Source of the DNA: Raillietiella orientalis
Taxonomy: Eukaryota
Direction: 5' to 3'
Assembly (NCBI GenBank): GCA_036172245.1
Contig: JAYWIR010000156.1
Span: forward strand, 1-56,883
Length of the DNA: 56,883 bases
The notes under the pieces are model-generated. The model had not been told where the DNA came from. It ran no database searches and worked only from the letters and a program-made list of their open reading frames with translations. The position numbers were made by a program, and so were the translations under genes. Shown piece by piece: positions 47,773-56,883 of this stretch (position 1 is the first letter of the stretch; each line of letters begins with the position of its first letter).

Positions 47773-48770
47773 TTTAATCAGAATAACAAACCGCAAACTT
47801 GAAGGGATATGTATCCCTTCATGACACAAGAAACGCCCATGAAAAAAGTACAACCCGGAAAACCACCGGCACGCATGCCCGCTGGCAGAAAGAAGGGAAC
47901 GGAGCGAGGGGACACAAAACAAACAAAAAAGAAGGGAGGGTGGGAACATGGATCTTTGGAATGAAACGTTCCTTTTCTTCTAGAAGCGGTGCTTGACGAT
48001 GGCGACCACACTGGCGACTTATCCAGGCAGATGAGGTCAGCTTGCAGCTGCCTCCAGAAATTTGGCGGCTATGCTGGTGGCGTTCTCTCGCTGCGAACTT
48101 CCTTGTAGCTTACGGCGGGCCGCCACGATGGCGCGGATGCAACTGATTGTCTTTCTTCAGTCCGTCTTCGCTGAAGAAGCGTCGCAGCCGCTTGATGGCT
48201 GTATGCTGGGACGACGAAGTGCCGAAGCAAATCTTCGCCTGAATTTCCGCAGGTCACGGAGGTCCAGAATCAGGTGCTGAAGCGAATTCATACACCCGCA
48301 CCGGCGACAGCTTGGTGAAGCAACTCCCCCGGGAGTCAGGTGTCTGCGCTTGTCGCACTGGAAGCCCCAGAGAAGGAATAGCAGAACACTCTCTTTGATT
48401 TTGTCCATCGTCAGGATGCCTAATCCGGCATCCTCTCGCGGCGCCATCAGATCTTTTGATGTGATCCGGGACCTCGCAACGGTCCACGACATATTACGTA
48501 GGAGGCGGTTCCTGCATACCTTGATTGCCAGAGAGGGTCGACAAAGAAAGAACATGGGTCGGGGGAACCGAGCTGTTCCAGACGGCCGCCCGTTCCGGCA
48601 AGAACAACTTACCACGAAGGAGTGGGCGAAGAGCACGGTTTGCCTTCTGAAGGCAGTATGACCACGCTCCTGCAGCGCAGAAGTCGCCCAACGGCATGCC
48701 AAGGTACTGGGACTACCTGCCCGTGGGGACTCCCAGGAGAATCCAGTTGGGCTGCCCTTCCCTGAATGAA
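47773..48770 (-). mobile_element. Tx1-like element F, 3' part with deletions
   Basis: APREDAGLGIL, LLFLLWGFQCDKRRHL and CRRCGCMNSLQHL; the 3' UTR is similar to that of element B (30000-30300). Confidence 0.85.
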
Positions 48771-51700
48771 GTGAATTTCGAACCAGCGATGGGGAACGAG
48801 GAAGGGTGTGAATGCAGAAGGTAAACGCGCATCAGAGGTGTCGTTTGTATGTCTCACATACGTGTTCGGCGCGGTTTGGGTTCGAATACTCCGAATGAAT
48901 CGACACAGTGCGCCGTGGGTTCCGAGTCCACCCCATAGGATGACGCTCGTTGGCCTGCATTCATCCGGGTGCAGCACTGGTAGCGGTTCATCCCGGTTGC
49001 TCTCGAGGAGGGCCGCGATAAATAAGAGTCGGCCTCTCCGTCCTTCCAGGAATCAAGGAGAGGGGGTTTCCCTCCGGTTGTGAAGGAGCTGCCCCTCTTT
49101 CCGGGTGGGACCCCTTCGCGTCAGAATGATGGAGTAGGTGTGTCTCCGGCACCTCTCCAGAGAGTGCAGGGAAGCTAGCCGATACCCTCGGGGAAGCTGC
49201 GCCCTTCTGAGTTTAGGAAGCGTCCCTTCTGAAGAGAAGCTCCAGAGGAGGAGAAACAAGATAATGACCGAAATAGAAGGAAGGAACAACAGCGCTAAAA
49301 AGAGATGGTGCTGGCTTGACCGGATGAGAAATCCAGGAAGAAGTGGAAATGAATAAGGAATTCATGAAAGAGAACTGGGTTTTAGAAGGATGAGGTGTAC
49401 GTATAAAGAAGGTACTTGTGCTGCAGGATGGGGAAAAGAATTGGCATGCACATTTATTGGTGAAAGGTATGAGACTGAGGGGGGCAGCAGAGAATAAGGA
49501 GGTGAGGCCAGGTATTGAGAAGTGCAATTTAGAAGATCGACAAGAGATCTATATGTAGTCAAAAGGAAACCTCGATTCTTGAAAATATCTTGGATGTACA
49601 GGATAAAATATTCAGGCGAAATGGTTTCGAAAATGCATCTTGTAGGTACAAGTGTCGTTACTAGGTAACAGTTTGAGCTAGTGAGGATGCGCAGCGTATG
49701 AAACCAAGTGCTGTTAAGGATGAAGAACTTTAAGAGCAGGTTTGAGAGGAAAAAGCGAGTGAGCGGAGTGTATTTAGCATAGTTGATGTGGAGAGCATCG
49801 CGAGGGAAGAGGTAGGCTAGTTCGGGAGGCCTGGACGGAAATCAGTAATCCTGGTTGTTTCCAAATGATGGGAGCAGAACGGCATGCGGCACTACAAAGG
49901 AAATGCAGGAGGTAAAGATAGGGCGCCTTGTTGGACTGTGGTACGGAGATTGTGTTCATAAGGAGTAAGTTCGTTTCGAGGCTTAGTTACTGCTTGAGGA
50001 ATCTCGTGGTGCGTTAACTGAAGAACAGCATGATCAAGTTGCAGCCAATGCTCACGTTTGGAAAGGATTTGCAGATCTGAAGAGGATGAGTTGGTATTGG
50101 TAGGTCTTTCTTCCTGGGTCAAGTCACATTAAAAGCCAAAGTTGCTTGGATTCCCGTTCGGGGATTCGAAGCAACACATCGGGATGAAAAAATTGCAAGT
50201 GGTGCTGCTTTTGATCTATGCCGTTTCGATCACAAACTGCAGGTTTTCCGTTCCCAAAACATACATCGTTAGTGATGTGTGAAGCGGCAACCATTGCTTA
50301 GGGTGATCTGAAGGCGTTCCTCGTGAGCGTCAAGAAGGCGGATGATAGGGGCAACATCCTTCCATGGAAAGAAGGTGTTTGCAGGTTCATGCTGATAGCA
50401 CGATGCAAGACATAAGGAGGCGGTGATCGAGTGGGGGAAGAAGCTGCAATGGCGTTTTCTACAGGAGAGGTAAAGAGAGGAGCATGGATATTGGAGCACG
50501 GCAGGATCAAAGGGGATGAGAATGCAAAACGTAGTTGCATACGAGCTCGAATGCGACGCGAGTTGAGTAAATAAGAGGGATGACGAACAAGGAGGAATCA
50601 GCGTGAAATCATGAGGTGAGCGAGAGAGGATCTAAAGTTCGATGGCGCGTCCCCAGCAAGGGGACCGAGGTGATTACTACGCGATAGGATCGACGGTGGT
50701 AGCAAAGCTCTTGGTTTAGGAAATGGTGAACTGGAAGTAACTTTCGGCATGAAGTAGGAACGGACGTGTTCTATCAGTCCTGTCAGCTGGAAAAGGAAAG
50801 TAGCATCAGGCGTGGATATGCGAACATCTTTTTGGAAGCTCAGAATGTGCATCACAGTGGATTTGGGGGATTAAGGAACACCTACGTTGCGTCGTCAGGA
50901 AATCTCCATGAGCTCAAAGGTGAGTTAATAACAGTATAGGAAAGATAGGCGACAGGAAAAGAGTAATTATGCGGAACTCGGCAGTGGCTCAGGTCTGTTA
51001 AGAGAGCGTGACGGTAAAGATCATTTAGAGAGAATGAAGGGTTGCTACGTAAATCGATGCTGCTTACGACTTGTCATTTTTCAGAATGATTAAACAAAGT
51101 TGCTTGGTAGCGATTAACGGGGATCTGAGTATTCGAATTACCGGGAGCCAAGTGTGAAATTCCTGAAATTCCTGTTGAACAGGAATCGTGTTGTGGGAGA
51201 GGAAAGATTAGGGGAGTGCGAATACTGCAGCCCTATCCTATGTAGCTGGATGTCAAATGACCAGGGCCGCAGGCTCTTCTTCTCGCGCCGATTGCTGATT
51301 TCCCATGGAGTCTATCTGATCGTCCACTAAGCCATCCGAGATCGGTAGTTCCAGTGGAACAGCAAACAGTGGACAATGGGTTTCGACGTTTCGGCAATGC
51401 GGTTTCATGGGAGAGACGACCCTGTTGCCAACGAAGAGCGAAAGACTCGGGAATAGATGGCTTCATACAGGGAAGACGAGGATTCAAGGAGTGAGTGAAG
51501 AGGGGGAAGGCTGCATCGGGGGATAAGTGGAGATCCGATCCTATCAGAGTGAGCAAAGGCTCATTAGCGGAAGACCAGCAGTCGTGTGGCGCGGAGTCTG
51601 ATAAGCAAAGAGTGGAGAGTTGTTCCATGGAGCACCACGGGAGAAACGATTTGCTTTTGAGGAGCCTCTTTCAAATTATCTTAAATGAAAGCCATGAAGT

Positions 51701-52970
51701 CGGTCAGATAAACTTGTGGATCACTGGAAAAGAGGAGCCAGGGAGACACCTGCGGCTGAGACGGGTCAATGGAACCGTAACACCACAACCACTTCAGTGC
51801 TCACAATCGCCAATGTAAAAAGCTATCCGACGATGTGCATTACGATGTTTCTTTTTGTTGTTTTTTAAAAAAAAACGAAATTGGTAATTCGGGGAAGTTT
51901 AACAAAGATTCCCATGCAGCCACATCTCATGACTTTTGTTTTTCTACTGAAACTTTGTTCCTTCCTCGCATAGTTCGGAAATTGAAGTTCAAGGACGGTG
52001 TTTTAGAGAGTAAAGGAAGAATGGAGTGCAAACCTGAAAGAGCAAGCACCACCCAGAACACATATGAAAAACAATTTCCACGCCTGAGGCGTTAAAGCAG
52101 GTTGCTGCAAGGCAATCCCTTATGCGTTAGAAAAGGCGGTGTGGAATATCTGCTACAACTATGAAAACATATTTCAGACACAGACTGTGTTTACTGTGCA
52201 ATGCAATCAAACTCTCAATACTACGATTTGGTAAATAAAAGTGCTTATGTAAGTTTTGTCTCCATGCATCTTTCAATTTGTGCTTCTACTCCTTGAAATG
52301 GTTGCCCACAGAGAAGGAAAGCTGAATTAAGAATTCATTGAAATCTTGCAAACTGCCCTGCAGGCAACTGGCAATTTAGAACACGTCTATTTCGGCTTCT
52401 ATGTGGTGCTGCAAAGTACAAACTCGTTGGGGATGCTCTCACCACATTTCAAAAGAAATCAAATTGCATTTCCTTAAATCATTATGTCTGCACAGTATGG
52501 ACGCACAGCAAAATGGAGAGATTTGGATTCTATTTCGGCCATTGCCATAATCTGAATCAAACGTCATACATAATTTCGAAAATTTGCCAACGTCACATCT
52601 GCCACGTTTTCATTCTCTCCCCAAACTCCAATGACTGTTTTCAGTCCTTTTTTTCAATCTTCGCCATCACCCTCTTTCTTACCAAACGTTCAGTTGATGT
52701 TATTTTTCCAAATTTGCATTATCAATAGACTGCAATTTCCTTTTTTACTTTATTCTCATTTTCCGAATTCATTCCAAAGTCATACTTTTCATGGAGAAGT
52801 CAAAGCAAGCATTTTACAATAGTGAATTATACATCCGAAAAGCCGCAAGAGTGGTTACACTACAGCAGCACTTAAATCGTTTAGCATTATGCGGAATGAA
52901 ACGACAGAATAAACGTAACTGTTAATTTCATATCAGCATTATGTCAATTAAAATAGCAGGGCACAATACT

Positions 52971-52976
52971 TTTATT
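52971..52976 (-). promoter_or_regulatory. Candidate polyadenylation signal of NDUFS7
   Basis: AATAAA on the minus strand ~365 nt after the stop codon. The context is AT-rich, so a chance match is possible. Confidence 0.3.
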
Positions 52977-53339
52977 TTTTGTTTTCATGCATTTCGGAAA
53001 GGTTCGAATCCCATCAAACTTCAACTAATGCATCATTTTCTTCTGAAATTGAACTGACAGTATCAGCTAATCCAATGGATGAAATTATGCAATATGCATC
53101 AATCGATGCATTCACATCAACAACTAGAATGCAGAAAACACTCTCAGGGCACTACATGGATATCCATTTTAACAAAGGATGGCTATTCGGTTAAAAGAAT
53201 CACATGAACTTGATCACTTTGCTGAAAGCAATAAAACAGTAATCACAATCTTGTCTGGAAACAGCATTTTTAAACACCGTTTCAATTCCTAGTGCATATT
53301 TACCATTACATCTAATTTGAGTGGAAATCTATATAAATT

Positions 53340-56165
53340 TCAAGTCCGATACCACAGCTGTGCTAGCTTCATTCTTTTGATTTTACTCTGAAGCAAAAGT
53401 AAGCCATACAGCAGAGCTTCAGCAGTTGGTGGACAACCTAAAAAATATGTGCATACAAATATACTCAATACATCCATACCTGGAACATATATGTCTACAG
53501 GAATTATGCGATCACATCCACGAACCACTGAATACGAGTAATGGTAGTAACCACCACCATTAGCACAGCTCCCCATCGATATGACCCACTTTGGATGTGG
53601 CATCTATGAACTGGAAGGTTACCCATCAAAACAAAGACACACTGAAGGCAAACCTGATCATATACTTTACGAAGAGCTGGTGCCATTTTGTTTGTGAGTG
53701 TTCCTGCAACTATGATGCAGTCCGCTTGTCTGGGGGAAGCACGAAAAACCATGCCAAGGCGATCCATATCATATCGTGGGGCTGCAATGTGCATCATTTC
53801 TACAGCACAACAAGCCAGTCCAAATGTGAGCGGCCAAAGTGAACCCTAATATAATCATAATGTACCTTAAATTTCGCTGTTAGTTTGTATCACGAATATT
53901 AAATGAAACAAATCTGTGATCATGATAATCATTGTAAACTACTATGCTTCACAACATGAATCTTTTGTAAAAAACTGTAATTTTGACAATTATGGCATGA
54001 AAACCATTATCAGCAAACATATTCAACCTTCTCAATTTACTGCGAAGCACTTCTAAAATCAATCGAATCCATCAATCTTCGAAATGCAAATTCAATAGTA
54101 AGTTTGAAAATTCATTCATCATCAAAATTCATTTCAATTCTACCACAAATAAATATATGGCTCAACAGCCATGATTTTGTTTATCATCTTCATGTGCAAT
54201 GACAGTATACAAACTAAGTTTCTTTTGTATTACTGATTATTTTATTTTTTTACGGTACTTTGTTGTATGCACGTAATGTACACAGGCCCATTCATCAGGC
54301 CACTCGACCATAGCTACGACACAACTTTTTAAGAAAAAGTTTTTTCAAAAGCTGTGTACTTTCACCCAATTTTTCTCAAACGATTTGCAATTACAAGTGC
54401 TAAATTATTTTTTGTATATCGCTCCTTCCAAGTAATCATAGAGTTTGGTAATAATTTCCTTCGTTTTTTTCTTCTTTCACTTCTAGTCACATATCCTGAG
54501 CATTTAAGGACACAAGTGTCAAAACTGATCATCAATTGTTCATGCATTTTGGCAAATGCATTATTAAAAAATGAACAGCAATGATTATTATAATTATTAA
54601 TTACTCATTTAGAAATCCGAATAAAATTCCCACCTATCATTGATAATTGAAATAATTTCTTTTCTTCATTTGATTCAAATTCCATAATCATACAGAATAC
54701 AAACGTTACATTACTATCCCTTGTCTTGAAAATATAAATTGTTTATATAGGAATTTCCTCATTTACATAACATCTACTGGAAGGAAACTCTGCTCATCAA
54801 AAGAAAGATCCAGAACCTATTCAAAAGAAGAACTGAAGCTATCAAAAAGTGCTTGTGATGCACAAGATTGAAATGAACATGCAAATACGAAATGCTAAAG
54901 AGAAGGGCCGGAACAAAATCAAAAACACATGTTGTATCAATAAGATGGGTTTCATCACTAACAATTATTTTGAAAAATTTGTTCTTCCAGCTTTAATACC
55001 TATGTCACTCTGCACCATAAAGTATGACTCTGGCATCCATTTTTTAATGGATAACATTTCTAGGAAAATGAGCTCTCTTGGAATATGATCACTTTTCAAC
55101 AACATGAATGGACAAAAATTAAAACTGCTTCTTTAGTTGTAGTATGCAACAAACAAAGATTCAACTGAAGCTGAACATTTACTCTATAGAAGCGAAGAAG
55201 AATCCTTACATAAAAGCACAGTGTGTAACAACACAATGTGTGCTATTATAAGATTTCACAGACTTGCGTTTTCGCTGAAGGAATAAAAATGACAATTTCC
55301 ATTCAACATTCTTTTTGGATGAATGACAAAATATGCTTCTTTCAATGTAGACGCACTTATGAAAATATTTATTCCACTTTTGTTCCTAACAACCAAGTAC
55401 TATTACTGCGGATAATACATTACTTAATTATAGAAACATTTTAAGATGAAACGATGTATGCTCTCAAAGCAATTCCAAAGAAGTTATTGGAATATACTCA
55501 GAAACATACCGAGTACACAAGCTTCATTTAAAACCGAATGAATCCAGAATTCATGTTGGACATTTACTTTCTCACTCATTAGAAAACTGTAAACGATAGT
55601 TTCATATTCAGAGTCATGCAGAAATCAAATACATCACATTGTGTTTGAAGAAATGCACACAGCAACAGTATTGCAACACACTCAACATACCTGTCTTGCC
55701 CAGTTCAAAACATCATCAATTCTTGCCAAAGCAAACTCAGCCACATTGGTGGCCTTTGGAAAGGGGCTATAAGGCCTAATTGTAGACTCTATAATAAATA
55801 CAAGTAAGAATATCACTAACGGAACAACATGATCAAATTAATTCAATATACTTGAAATTTTATTAAACGCTACACTTTCTTAAAACTGGAAGGTTCCATT
55901 TGGTGAAACGTTTTAAACGAATTCACTAATCAATGATATGATGACTGAATATAATCGCAAACAGGACAAGGAAAAATTGATTATCAAGCCCAACTCTGCT
56001 CAAAGTGATACCTGCTGGTTTTCCATCTGTAGGAGGCTGTGCATCTTTAGGTGCATCTACTTTGGTTGAATATGAATCCGTAAAAAGGCGAAAACTTGCA
56101 CATTTTATTGGGCATGGATACCTGAGCCCACATCTGTAAAGTTGCAAATACAATCCCAGATTCAT
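53340..56165 (-). CDS. NDUFS7: NADH dehydrogenase [ubiquinone] iron-sulfur protein 7 (complex I PSST/20 kDa subunit), 5 exons, 221 aa
   Basis: Exons 56165-56012, 55788-55691, 53845-53654, 53603-53480 and 53437-53340 join in frame across GT-AG introns (666 nt including the stop). Protein has [84 protein letters not shown] and an N-terminal transit-like peptide. Confidence 0.96.
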
Positions 56166-56883
56166 TTTGTCCCATACAATGAAATAAAACAGTTCATAAC
56201 GTTCGATCTTGAGTGGTCTACGACGAACTTTCGGGGGACCGCTTCACTGCAAATGTTAGAAATGACGGCGGCCCTCCTGTAGAAAACTCCATCACCTACC
56301 CAACCAAAACAAAATTCGAAAGTCAATGTTACCACTTTTTGCTTTCGTAGATTTTTGTTGGAATTTCAAATGAATTGAATATAGTGCTAGTCACAAAAGC
56401 ATCCCCTCAAAGGAATATCAAGATATAATTAAGCATTATAAAATTATTATTTAAAGTTTCGAAAGATCATGAAAAGAGAGTTTAAAATGAACCTCTCAAG
56501 TCAAGGAAATCCCTGGAGTCCGGAATTCTCCATGGATCAGTGGAAAACCCGGGCTTTTCTCTTTAGTGATGTCAGTTTATCTGTCGCATTTCGTCTTTGT
56601 TTTTGTTCTTTAAAAAAATCATTTCCGAGTTATCAGAATGCGTTTTGGTTTGCTTCATGTCATTACACGTGATACTTTGTTAATTTTTCCTTCATGAGCT
56701 GCCTGAAAAAAAAGAAAACAAGCTATTCTCATAATTGGTTGATTGCAATTCCTTGAAATTGGATCAAGGAATCGTGTAAAGAAAATTCTTCCTACATGCA
56801 GTGTAATGAATAGGATGTAAAAATTTTTAAATTTTTACATAGATTAGCATTGCGGTTAGCATTATCTCTTATTGGATAGTTAA

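Noticed and set aside
51880..52045. Extra minus-strand exon after a TTTCAG acceptor at ~52034
   Set aside because: No convincing reading frame, donor site or homology.
53340..53797. Bacterial nuoB or single-exon ORFs as listed in the ORF track
   Set aside because: These ORFs read into introns; the spliced five-exon nuclear model fits.
1..56883. CRISPR array or prokaryotic defence operon
   Set aside because: No regularly spaced repeats or cas-like ORFs; the DNA is eukaryotic, with spliceosomal introns.

Overview
Eukaryotic genomic DNA, probably from a nematode-like invertebrate (inferred from 38-50 nt introns and GC-rich 28S expansion segments). Positions 1-~51.8 kb are a GC-rich mosaic of decayed parasite sequence, almost all on the minus strand. 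It holds at least five CRESS-DNA virus Rep pieces with a rolling-circle origin stem-loop and a conserved short intron. It holds about ten pieces of a Utopia/NeSL-like RLE non-LTR retrotransposon whose ends join 28S rDNA in antisense orientation ~15 nt upstream of the R2 site. It holds about nine pieces of Tx1/L1-type APE retrotransposons whose 3' ends share a second fixed target motif. It also has four 28S rDNA scraps, a possible rhabdovirus-like glycoprotein relic and a tiny nad3-like fragment. No element is intact. Sequence turns AT-rich at ~51.8 kb and carries an intact five-exon nuclear NDUFS7 (complex I PSST) gene on the minus strand. The best candidates for new biology are a strand-polarised archive of retroelement and virus fragments (resembling a uni-strand small-RNA master locus), two apparently site-specific retrotransposon families, and a spliced, possibly Rep-only CRESS replicon. 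All calls come from manual reading and translation; no searches were run.
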